64,000 nt of DNA, taken from Phycisphaerales bacterium. GTDB taxonomy: Bacteria > Planctomycetota > Phycisphaerae > SM23-33. A program made the translations under genes and the position numbers. Under the pieces are notes generated by a model. It saw nothing but the letters and a program-made list of their open reading frames with translations, did not search any database and had not been told where the DNA came from. The stretch's first letter is position 1. The number at the start of each line of letters is the position of its first letter. This document shows, in pieces, positions 7,314 to 15,499 of this stretch. The stretch lies in NCBI GenBank assembly GCA_018644725.1, contig JABGPZ010000054.1:4502-68501 (forward strand). Direction: 5' to 3'.

Positions 7314-9854
7314 ATGGCCTCAGAATACACCGGAAAAAACCTCGTCATCGTCGAATCGCCTGCCAAGGCCAAGACGATCAATAAGTATCTCGGCGGCGAT
7401 TTCATCGTCAAGGCCTCTGTCGGGCACGTCCGTGACCTGCCCAGCCGCAACCCCAAGGGCGTCAAAGCCCCCGTGCCGGGCGTCGACCTCGAAAACGACT
7501 TCAAGCCCACCTACACCCCACTGCCGCGTGGCAAGAAGACCCTCGCCGAGCTGAAGAAGCTCGCCAAGAACGCGCCGCTTGTCTATCTGGCGACTGACTT
7601 GGACCGAGAAGGGGAAGCCATCGCATGGCACCTCGCCGAAGCGCTGAAGCTTGAGCCCGAGCGCATCCGCCGCGTGGTCTTCAACGAAATCACCAAGACG
7701 GCCGTCAACAAGGCCTTCGAGCACCCGCGCGAGATCAACATCGACATGGTCAACGCCCAGCAGGCGCGCCGCATCCTCGACCGCATCGTCGGCTATCAGG
7801 TCAGCCCCCTGCTGTGGAAAAAAGTCGCTGGCGGTCTTTCGGCCGGCCGCGTCCAGTCCGTCGCCGTGCGTCTGATCGTCGAACGCGAAGAGCTCATCGA
7901 AGCATTCATGCCCGATGAATATTGGAAGCTCGACGGCGTGTTCTGTGGCGATCCTGCCAAGACCAAGGCCCTCGCGGCCGAGTGGGCCGAGTTCATGGCA
8001 CAGCGCGACGAGAAGAACAAGCCCCCCACCAAAATGCAGCAGCAGGCCTTCCTTTCCGAACGCGGCGCGTTCAAGGCCGAGCTGAACAAACTCGACGGGA
8101 AAAAGCCCGCCCTTACCGGCGGCGACGAAACCATCCCGCTCGCCGAATCCCTCGGTGTTGTGATCGACGAGACCCTCGCCACCGACAATCCCGGCGGCAA
8201 AGGCCCGCAGAAGAATCTCGTCACGGTCGCTTGCCACGTCGGCGATGACGCGCCCACCCCCGCCATCACGGCGATCAACACGAAGACCTCGTCCGGCCGT
8301 CCCCAGCCGCCGTTTACGACCTCGTCGTTGCAGCAGGCCGCGTCCAGCCAGCTCTATTTTGCCGCGCGTCGCACGATGCGAATCGCCCAGCAGCTGTACG
8401 AAGGCATCGAGATTCCCGGCGAAGGCCAAGTCGGTCTGATCACCTACATGCGTACCGACAGCCGCCACCTTTCGGCCGACTCCGTCACCGCCGCTCGCAG
8501 CTTCATTGGCGAACAACACGGCACGGAATATCTGCCCGAAAAGCCCAACTTCTACACCTCCGGCAAACGCGCACAAGAGGCGCACGAAGCGATCCGCCCC
8601 ACCGATCCCAGCCGTCGCCCCGAGGACCTCAAAGGCTGCCTCAACGAGGAACAGTTCAAACTGTACAACATGATCTGGAAGCGATTCCTCGCCTGCCAGA
8701 TGACCCCCAGCCGCTGGAACGTGACCGAGATGGAAATCCAGATCGCGACCTCCTCCGCCACGGCGACCTATCGCGCCACGGGCCGAAGCCTCGCGTTTGA
8801 CGGCTATCTGCGCGTGATGGGCCTGCCCAAGGACGGCGATCCGATCCTGCCCGAACTTGCCGAAGGCAACGACGTGGGCGCGATGTCGATCCGCCCGACC
8901 CAGCACTTCACCGCCCCGCCGTCGCGCTTTACCGAAGCATCGCTCGTCAAGGCGCTCGAGGCCGAGCACATCGGCCGCCCGAGTACCTACGCGGCGATCA
9001 TTCAGACGATCCAGGACCGCAACTACGTCGAGAAACTCCAGCGGAATTTCCGCCCGACCGACCTAGGCCGCGTCGTCGTCAAGAAGCTCATCGAAGGCTT
9101 CCCCGAAATTTTCAACGTCAAATTCACCGCCCACATGGAAGATGAACTCGACGAGGTCGAAGAATCCAAAATGAACTGGGTCGCCGTGTTGAAAGAATTC
9201 TACGGCCCCTTCAAGGCCCAGCTCGACGTCGCCGCCGAGAACATGACCCACGCCAAGGCCGAGACCGAGCCGTCGGACTACAAATGCCCCGACTGCGACA
9301 GTCCGATGGAATATCGCTTCGGCAAGAACGGCAAGTTCCTCAGCTGCACAACCTATCCCGAGTGCAAAAAGGCAATGCCCATCGACCGCGAAGGCAAGCC
9401 CGTCACCGACCAGTTCACCGACATCGCCTGCCCGCTGTGCGGCGGGCCGACCACGCTCCGCAAGGGGCGCTTCGGGCCGTTCATCAGCTGCAAGAATTAC
9501 CCCGAGTGCAAAGGCGTGGTGAACCTCGACAAGAAGGGTCACATCAAGCACCCCGCCGCGCCGCCGCTGGCGATTGACCTGCCGTGTCCGAAGTGTGAAG
9601 CGCCGACGATGAACGTCCGTCGCTCCAAGCGCGGGCCGTGGATCAGCTGCGCGAAATATCCCAAGTGCCGAGGCCGAGGCGCGTTTAAGTCCCTCGACGA
9701 AGCCAAGCAGACCGAAATCGAAACCTCCCTCGACGCGCACATCAAGGCCAACCCCATGCCGCGCGTCCACACCCTCGAAGGCAAAGACGTCGGCGACGAA
9801 TACACCCCCACCGTCATCGTCGAAACCGAAGATGGAACCAAAACCGACGCATAA
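7314..9854 (+). CDS. topA: DNA topoisomerase I
   Basis: TOPRIM N-terminus (LVIVESPAKAKTINKYLG). Active-site region ITYMRTDS. Four C-terminal CxxC...CxxC zinc ribbons. Start at the ATG at 7314 after an AGAAGGAGA RBS; the ORF-track start at 7224 was rejected. Confidence 0.95.
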   Translation: MASEYTGKNLVIVESPAKAKTINKYLGGDFIVKASVGHVRDLPSRNPKGVKAPVPGVDLENDFKPTYTPLPRGKKTLAELKKLAKNAPLVYLATDLDREGEAIAWHLAEALKLEPERIRRVVFNEITKTAVNKAFEHPREINIDMVNAQQARRILDRIVGYQVSPLLWKKVAGGLSAGRVQSVAVRLIVEREELIEAFMPDEYWKLDGVFCGDPAKTKALAAEWAEFMAQRDEKNKPPTKMQQQAFLSERGAFKAELNKLDGKKPALTGGDETIPLAESLGVVIDETLATDNPGGKGPQKNLVTVACHVGDDAPTPAITAINTKTSSGRPQPPFTTSSLQQAASSQLYFAARRTMRIAQQLYEGIEIPGEGQVGLITYMRTDSRHLSADSVTAARSFIGEQHGTEYLPEKPNFYTSGKRAQEAHEAIRPTDPSRRPEDLKGCLNEEQFKLYNMIWKRFLACQMTPSRWNVTEMEIQIATSSATATYRATGRSLAFDGYLRVMGLPKDGDPILPELAEGNDVGAMSIRPTQHFTAPPSRFTEASLVKALEAEHIGRPSTYAAIIQTIQDRNYVEKLQRNFRPTDLGRVVVKKLIEGFPEIFNVKFTAHMEDELDEVEESKMNWVAVLKEFYGPFKAQLDVAAENMTHAKAETEPSDYKCPDCDSPMEYRFGKNGKFLSCTTYPECKKAMPIDREGKPVTDQFTDIACPLCGGPTTLRKGRFGPFISCKNYPECKGVVNLDKKGHIKHPAAPPLAIDLPCPKCEAPTMNVRRSKRGPWISCAKYPKCRGRGAFKSLDEAKQTEIETSLDAHIKANPMPRVHTLEGKDVGDEYTPTVIVETEDGTKTDA

Positions 9855-9871
9855 CCGCGACGACACACAAT

Positions 9872-9914
9872 AAAAAAAACCGTCGGGCGTTTTGACGCGC
9901 TCGGCGGTTTTTTG
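9872..9914. terminator. bidirectional intrinsic terminator after topA (repeat copy A)
   Basis: AAAAAAAACCGTCGGGCG-TTTTGAC-GCGCTCGGCGGTTTTTT. A near-identical copy lies at 10227-10266. Confidence 0.75.
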
Positions 9915-9931
9915 AGTTGATTCAAACGGAA

Positions 9932-10126
9932 TCAGTCACGCACGCAAAAGGTAATCAACAGTGCCACACCTGCCCAAAGCAGACCAACTCCCGCAACCGT
10001 TGTTTGCATACTACCGACTGAAATGTTATAAAATCCGCCAGCAATGAACATCGGACTCAAAAGTGGGGGGATAAGATTCCTCAATCTGAACTGAACTTTG
10101 CATTTGAGTTCTGGTGTATTTTCCAT
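9932..10126 (-). CDS. hypothetical small membrane protein (64 aa, two predicted TM helices)
   Basis: AAGGAG RBS 6 nt upstream of the ATG at 10126. Hydrophobic segments LIPPLLSPMFIAGGFY and VAGVGLLWAGVALLITF. AT-rich relative to neighbours. The N-terminal part of the track ORF runs through a terminator hairpin, so it was trimmed. Confidence 0.35.
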   Translation of the reverse strand: MENTPELKCKVQFRLRNLIPPLLSPMFIAGGFYNISVGSMQTTVAGVGLLWAGVALLITFCVRD

Positions 10127-10226
10127 TTCATTCTCCTTGTGTCGTATCTTAGGCAGATTCTTTTTCCTTCTTCCCCAGCTGCGCATCGTCGTATTAATAG
10201 TATCAAGTTGACGCGAAAGGTCAAAC

Positions 10227-10266
10227 AAAAAAACCGTCGGGCGTTTTGACACGCTCGACGGTTTTT
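10227..10266. terminator. bidirectional intrinsic terminator downstream of carA (repeat copy B)
   Basis: AAAAAAACCGTCGGGCG-TTTTGAC-ACGCTCGACGGTTTTT. Direct repeat of 9872-9914. Confidence 0.7.
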
Positions 10267-10276
10267 CATTTTTCTT

Positions 10277-10300
10277 GTAGGGGCGAAAAATGTTTCGCCC
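10277..10300 (+). repeat. REP-like element (GTAG head plus palindrome)
   Basis: GTAGGGGCGAAAAATGTTTCGCCC. Intergenic, at the 3' side of carA. Confidence 0.6.
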
Positions 10301-10321
10301 TTATTTCGATTTGCGTATTGG

Positions 10322-11521
10322 TTAGATGTGACCCGCTTTGGCGAGTTTGTCTTGCGCGGTGGCCATGTCTTCGGGCGTGGGCGCGTTGCCAGTTTCCATC
10401 ATCGTGCGGAAGCAGTCGAACAGGTAGGTCGCGTCGTGCGGGCCGGGCGATGCCTCGGGGTGATACTGCACGCTGAAGAGGCATTTTTCCGGGTGGGTGA
10501 AGCCCGAGACCGTCTGGTCGTTGAGGTTGATGTGGCTGATCACGCCGCCGACGGCCTCGATCGATTCACGATCGACCGCAAAGCCGTGGTTCTGGCTGGT
10601 GATCTCGACCTTGCCGGTCGCTTCGTTCCGGACGGGGTGGTTGCAGCCGCGGTGGCCGAACTTCAGCTTATAGGTTTTCGCGCCGAGCGCGAGCGAGAGC
10701 ATCTGATGGCCGAGGCAAATCCCGAACATGGGGACCTTGCCGATCAGGCCCTTCAGCGTTTCGACGGTGTACTCCACGGCCGAAGGGTCGCCCGGGCCAT
10801 TCGAAACGAACACGCCATCGGGTTCCATCGCCAAAATCTCTTCGGCCGTCGCCGTCGCGGGCACGACCTGCAAATCGCAGCCACATTCGACGAGGTTGCG
10901 CAGAATGTTCACCTTCGCGCCGCAGTCAATCGCGACGACCTTATATGTTTTCTCGCCGTGGGCGCGGTGCGCCTGGGCAAATTCGCTGTTGTACCCTTCG
11001 GCCCAGTCATAGCCAGCTTCGGGACGAACATCTTTCACGAAATCGCTGCCCGCCATCGACTCAATCGCCGCGGCACGCTTGACGAGTTCGACGTCGTCGA
11101 GAATCTCGGTGGAGATGATGCCGCTCATCGCGCCCGCCGTCCGCAAGCGCTTGGTCAGCGCGCGGGTATCGACGTTGCAAATCCCGATCACGCCCTCAGC
11201 CGCAAGATAGTCGTGCAGCGAAGAGTTCGCGCGGAAGCTGCTCACCACCGGCGAGAGTTCCTTGATCACGAATGCGCGGACCTGGACCTTGCCGTTGCGG
11301 GCTTCGATGTCCTCGGTGTTCACGCCGTAATTGCCAATCAAGGGATAGGTCATCGTGACGATTTGGCCGGTGTAGCTCGGGTCGGTCAGCACTTCCTGAT
11401 AGCCCATCAGGCCGGTGTTGAAGACCACCTCGCCCTCGGACGTGCCGGTCGCGCCAAAGCTTTCGCCCGTGAGGACCAGTCCATCTGCCAGCGCCAATTT
11501 GCATACGTTGCGTTGAGTCAT
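10322..11521 (-). CDS. carA: carbamoyl-phosphate synthase small (glutamine amidotransferase) subunit
   Basis: CPSase small-chain N-domain followed by a class-I GATase with the GICLGHQ nucleophile elbow and a QYHPE-type motif. AAGGAA RBS. Confidence 0.95.
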   Translation of the reverse strand: MTQRNVCKLALADGLVLTGESFGATGTSEGEVVFNTGLMGYQEVLTDPSYTGQIVTMTYPLIGNYGVNTEDIEARNGKVQVRAFVIKELSPVVSSFRANSSLHDYLAAEGVIGICNVDTRALTKRLRTAGAMSGIISTEILDDVELVKRAAAIESMAGSDFVKDVRPEAGYDWAEGYNSEFAQAHRAHGEKTYKVVAIDCGAKVNILRNLVECGCDLQVVPATATAEEILAMEPDGVFVSNGPGDPSAVEYTVETLKGLIGKVPMFGICLGHQMLSLALGAKTYKLKFGHRGCNHPVRNEATGKVEITSQNHGFAVDRESIEAVGGVISHINLNDQTVSGFTHPEKCLFSVQYHPEASPGPHDATYLFDCFRTMMETGNAPTPEDMATAQDKLAKAGHI

Positions 11522-11576
11522 TCGTAGTATTCCTTCGATTCAGAGTTCGGGGAGTCCCGGTGAATTCGTTTCGAGT

Positions 11577-12671
11577 TTATTCTTCTTCGTCGGCCCAGAG
11601 GACCTCGTCGCCAGCGACCACTTCGCCGATGCGATAGCAGGTTTCGCCAGCTTCGTTGAGGATGCGCAGTGCATCGTCGGCGGCCTCGGGCGAAACAACC
11701 ACTGCGTAGCCGATGCCCATGTTGAACACGCGGAACATCTCGCTTTGGTCCACCGGACCAAGCCGGGCAACGAGTTCGAACAGCGGCAGGTTCGGCCAGC
11801 TATTGCGGTCAATCTTCACGGTCAGCCCGTCGGGCAGTACGCGGGGAATGTTCCCCTCGATGCCGCCGCCGGTGATGTGGGCCATGGCGTGGATCGGGCG
11901 GGCATTATCGCTGTGAAGCTCGCCGATGAGTTTCATGATCGGATCGACGTAGAGGCGCGTAGGAACGAGCATCGCTTCGCCGATGGATTGGCCGTCGAGA
12001 ATGGGCGGGCAGGCATCTTTTCCGGGCGCGTTGTCGCCATCGAGCAGAACCCGGCGGGCAAGGCCATAGCCGTTGGAGTGGATGCCGTCGGACGCGATGC
12101 CGAGGATGACATCGCCGGCCGCTGCGTTTTGGCCTTCGATGATCTCGTCCTTGTCGACGATGCCGACCGCGAAGCCGGCCATGTCGAATTCGTCGGGCTT
12201 GTAGAAGCTCGGCATCTCGGCCGTCTCCCCACCGATCAGCGCACAGCCCGAAGCCTTGCAGCCGTCGGCGATGCCCTTGACGATCTCAGCCATCCGCGCA
12301 GGTTCGAGCTTGCCGACCGCGAGGTAGTCCAGGAAGATCAACGGTTCGGCCCCGCCGCAGATCAAATCGTTGACGCTCATCGCGACAAGGTCGATCCCGA
12401 CGGTGTCAATTTTATTCATCGCGAACGCAACGGCGAGCTTGGTGCCCACGCCATCGGTGCAAGCCGCGAGAACGGGGTTTTTCAGCTCGCGGCCGGTGCG
12501 ATTGGATTTGGCGAGTTGGAACAGACCTGCAAAGCTGCCGAAGTTGTCTAAAACGCCCGGGATGTGGGTGTCTTTGACCATCGACTTGATGCGGCCGACC
12601 ATCTCTTCCCCTGCGTCAATGTCAACGCCGGAGTCCTTGTACGTAATTGATTTGGAGTTGGATTCAGTCAT
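11577..12671 (-). CDS. purM: phosphoribosylformylglycinamidine cyclo-ligase (AIR synthetase)
   Basis: ITYKDSGVDIDAG N-terminus, DGVGTK, and PurM N- and C-domains. Start set at the ATG at 12671 (MTESNSK...); the track ORF extends to 12740. Confidence 0.95.
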   Translation of the reverse strand: MTESNSKSITYKDSGVDIDAGEEMVGRIKSMVKDTHIPGVLDNFGSFAGLFQLAKSNRTGRELKNPVLAACTDGVGTKLAVAFAMNKIDTVGIDLVAMSVNDLICGGAEPLIFLDYLAVGKLEPARMAEIVKGIADGCKASGCALIGGETAEMPSFYKPDEFDMAGFAVGIVDKDEIIEGQNAAAGDVILGIASDGIHSNGYGLARRVLLDGDNAPGKDACPPILDGQSIGEAMLVPTRLYVDPIMKLIGELHSDNARPIHAMAHITGGGIEGNIPRVLPDGLTVKIDRNSWPNLPLFELVARLGPVDQSEMFRVFNMGIGYAVVVSPEAADDALRILNEAGETCYRIGEVVAGDEVLWADEEE

Positions 12672-12809
12672 GGTCAATAGCATAGCGATTTTGCCTTCAA
12701 ATCGCAATACCGACCCCGAAATTTGAGGAATTTCTGACAAAATTCCGACCTGATGCTACAAATTCCCGGTTGAATGGGGTATAGTACGATGAAAGTTCAA
12801 GGAGACCTT

Positions 12810-15275
12810 ATGCGATTGAATCCAACGCTTTACGTTCTGATCCTCTCCGCGCTTGCGGGACATGTTTTGTTGGCCGACCCGCCAATCCCAACCGTCAATG
12901 CTATCGATGAGGATTCTGCCGCAAAAAATAGCGCAACTCTCTCCAAGGAAATCGCTTCCAAAGAAGTCCAAACATTGCGCCGCCAGCTCCTTTCCCCCAA
13001 GCGCTCCGGCGAAACCCGCTATGACGCGGCGCGAATGCTCCTGGACCGAAACTCTGCCGACGCCCAACGCGCCCTGCTCGATGCACTGGGCCCGGCCGCA
13101 CCCGCCGAATCGCAAATCGCCGCATCGCGTGCCCTTACCAACTGCAATGGGGCCATCAAGCCCTATCTCCCCGCTCTGCGCCAGTTGATGCGCAGCACTC
13201 AGCCCGGCGTTTCCCAGCGCGCGGCGACCGCTCTGGCGAGTAGCTCGTCGCGGGAAGTCGGAATCGAATTGCGCAAACACGCCAACGATGCAACCCTCGC
13301 GCTTGACACGCGCACCGTGATCATTGCCGCGCTCTCGCGACGCGTGGACAAGCAGACCATCGAGACCCTGGTGGAACTGTTGCGCGACCGCCAGCCCGGG
13401 ATCCGCAACACGGCCGCCGAAAGCCTCCAACGCCTGACCGCCCTGCGGACCCATGGCCAAAGTTATGCCAAGTGGAGCCAATGGTGGAAGACCGTCCGCG
13501 CCCAAACGCCGGCCGAGTTTCAGCGTACGATGATCGACAACCTTCTGCGCGCCCAGGACGACTTGCGCAGCAACAACGCGGCCTTGCTTGCTCAACTTCT
13601 CCAGGCACACAAAGAACTCTTCACCGCGTCCCCCGCCGCCAGCCGGCCTGCGCTGGTTGCCGAACTGCTTGATGATCCGATTGAGGACATCCGTCTGCTC
13701 GGGGCGCAACTGTGCGAAGCGCTGATCGCGGCCGATGTCACCCTGCCATTCCACCTCACCCGCCGCGTTCACAATCTTCTTCACGATCCCTCGGCCAAAC
13801 TTCGCTCGACCGCTCCCCGCCTCGAAGCGGCACTCAACGACAAGCGCGCCACAAGCCGTCTGCTCGCTGCGCTCAAGCGCGAGACCCACCCCGCGGTTCG
13901 CATCGCCCTGCTCGAAGCCCTCGGGAAGATCGCCAGCCCCTCGACGCTGAAGGTGGTCCTTGCGGAAGTCTCCTCGCCCATGCCCGCCCAGGCCAAAGCC
14001 GCCGCCAGTGCTCTGCGCCGGATCCTCCGCGCCGCGCCACCCAAAGCGCCCAAGCCCATCGCCGAGATCCTCAACGCACGCTATGACCAATCCGACGACG
14101 CCGACGCGGAAACACCCGCCCTGCGCGAAGCTCTCCTCGAAGCACTCGCCGCAACGGCGTTGCCCTCGGCCTCGGACCGGATGACCCAATCGCTCAAAGA
14201 CCCCGCGGGCGTGGTCCGCCTTGCCGCGCTGAATGGCCTGCGCCAACTCCAAACCAAAACCGCCGCCAAAGCCATCGCGCCGCTGGTGGCCGACAGTGAT
14301 CGCGGTGTGCGTCTCGCGGCCGTGGGCGCTCTGGCGCAACTCGCCGGAATGGACTACTTCAAAACGATCTTCCAGCGCACCAAGCCCGCCGTCGAAGAAG
14401 ATGCCGAAGTTCGCAAAGCCGCCCGCGACGCCCTGATGGGATTGTTCCGCGAGGCCGACGCGACCACACTGACCGAAGGGATCAAACTCCTCGACACCGA
14501 CCGGGAAACCCTGCCCCTACGGATCGAGCTTCTGCGTCTCTACGTCAAGCGCCAGCGCACCGCCAAGGCCGAATCGCTTCCGGCCGACCTGCGCCGGTTG
14601 GGCATGGCCCTGGGCGAAAGCGGCGAACACGCACAATCGGCCGCGACGTTGCTCGAAGGCTACAAACTTCTCCAGGCCACCGCAAAAACCGCCGACCAGC
14701 AATTCACCCTCCAGGCCCTCTGGGGCGATTGCGCCACCGCCGCGCTCAATGCCTCCGACCCCGCCTATGCCAAGCTCCTCGCCGCGCCCCCAGACGAATC
14801 GCTCTTCGATTCCGGCTATGCAATTCTCACTGCGCGCCTCGACGCGCTCCGCAAGGACCAGCACTATCTTCCCATCGTCGCCCTCAGCGATGTCGCGCTC
14901 AGCCAGCTCGCCAAGCAGCTCTCCCCCAGCCGTACCCGCCAGCTCCAATCGCTGCGCCAATGGGCCAAAACCAAACAGGCCGCCCTCGACGCCCAGCAGA
15001 TCAAAACGCTCCTGCCAGACCTCCTCAGCGCCGACCTCGACACACGCGACGAAGCGATCAAGGCCGTCATGCCCCTCGGCCGCCGTGCCATCGCGCCGCT
15101 ACTCGACCAAATCGAGGCCAAACTCAAACAAACGCCCCCCGCCCCCCGCGACGAAGGGACGCTCTTTGACCTCCTGCGCCAAATCGAGCCCGCCGTGGGT
15201 GACTATGACCCGGCCGCAACGCCCGAAACCAAAACAGAACTCCTCAAATCCCTCCGCAAACAATTTGTAAAATAG
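12810..15275 (+). CDS. secreted HEAT-repeat protein
   Basis: AAGGAGA RBS 5 nt before the ATG at 12810. N-terminal signal-like helix (LYVLILSALAGHVLLA). Repeated HEAT-like units (VRIALLEALGKI, VRLAALNGLRQL, VRLAAVGALAQL). Confidence 0.75.
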   Translation: MRLNPTLYVLILSALAGHVLLADPPIPTVNAIDEDSAAKNSATLSKEIASKEVQTLRRQLLSPKRSGETRYDAARMLLDRNSADAQRALLDALGPAAPAESQIAASRALTNCNGAIKPYLPALRQLMRSTQPGVSQRAATALASSSSREVGIELRKHANDATLALDTRTVIIAALSRRVDKQTIETLVELLRDRQPGIRNTAAESLQRLTALRTHGQSYAKWSQWWKTVRAQTPAEFQRTMIDNLLRAQDDLRSNNAALLAQLLQAHKELFTASPAASRPALVAELLDDPIEDIRLLGAQLCEALIAADVTLPFHLTRRVHNLLHDPSAKLRSTAPRLEAALNDKRATSRLLAALKRETHPAVRIALLEALGKIASPSTLKVVLAEVSSPMPAQAKAAASALRRILRAAPPKAPKPIAEILNARYDQSDDADAETPALREALLEALAATALPSASDRMTQSLKDPAGVVRLAALNGLRQLQTKTAAKAIAPLVADSDRGVRLAAVGALAQLAGMDYFKTIFQRTKPAVEEDAEVRKAARDALMGLFREADATTLTEGIKLLDTDRETLPLRIELLRLYVKRQRTAKAESLPADLRRLGMALGESGEHAQSAATLLEGYKLLQATAKTADQQFTLQALWGDCATAALNASDPAYAKLLAAPPDESLFDSGYAILTARLDALRKDQHYLPIVALSDVALSQLAKQLSPSRTRQLQSLRQWAKTKQAALDAQQIKTLLPDLLSADLDTRDEAIKAVMPLGRRAIAPLLDQIEAKLKQTPPAPRDEGTLFDLLRQIEPAVGDYDPAATPETKTELLKSLRKQFVK

Positions 15276-15301
15276 ATAAGTCTGTTTTTCTGTTTTGATT
15301 G

Positions 15302-15374
15302 TAGGGGCGAAAAATCTTTCGCCCTTGTTTTCTCTTTCTACAAAAAAATGGGCGAAAGATTTTTCGCCCCTACG
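15302..15374. repeat. inverted pair of REP-like elements (BIME-like), probable terminator of the HEAT-repeat gene
   Basis: GTAGGGGCGAAAAATCTTTCGCCC (15302-15325) and its perfect reverse complement (15351-15374), separated by a 25-nt T/A-rich spacer. Confidence 0.8.
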
Positions 15375-15499
15375 ATTAAAGACAATAACTTTTTTCAGAA
15401 TCGGTGAACTTTTCCGTGCGCAAAGCGTCTTAAGTAGAGTATAGACCGTCGGTATCGTTTTGCTTCAACGCGAAGCCCTCTAACACAAGGAGACCGGAG

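Noticed and set aside
7320-8969. 549-aa minus-strand ORF
   Set aside because: It is antisense to topA, which is unambiguous.
12756-14339. 527-aa minus-strand ORF
   Set aside because: It is antisense to the HEAT-repeat gene. It is Gly/Arg-rich low-complexity sequence with no recognisable domain.
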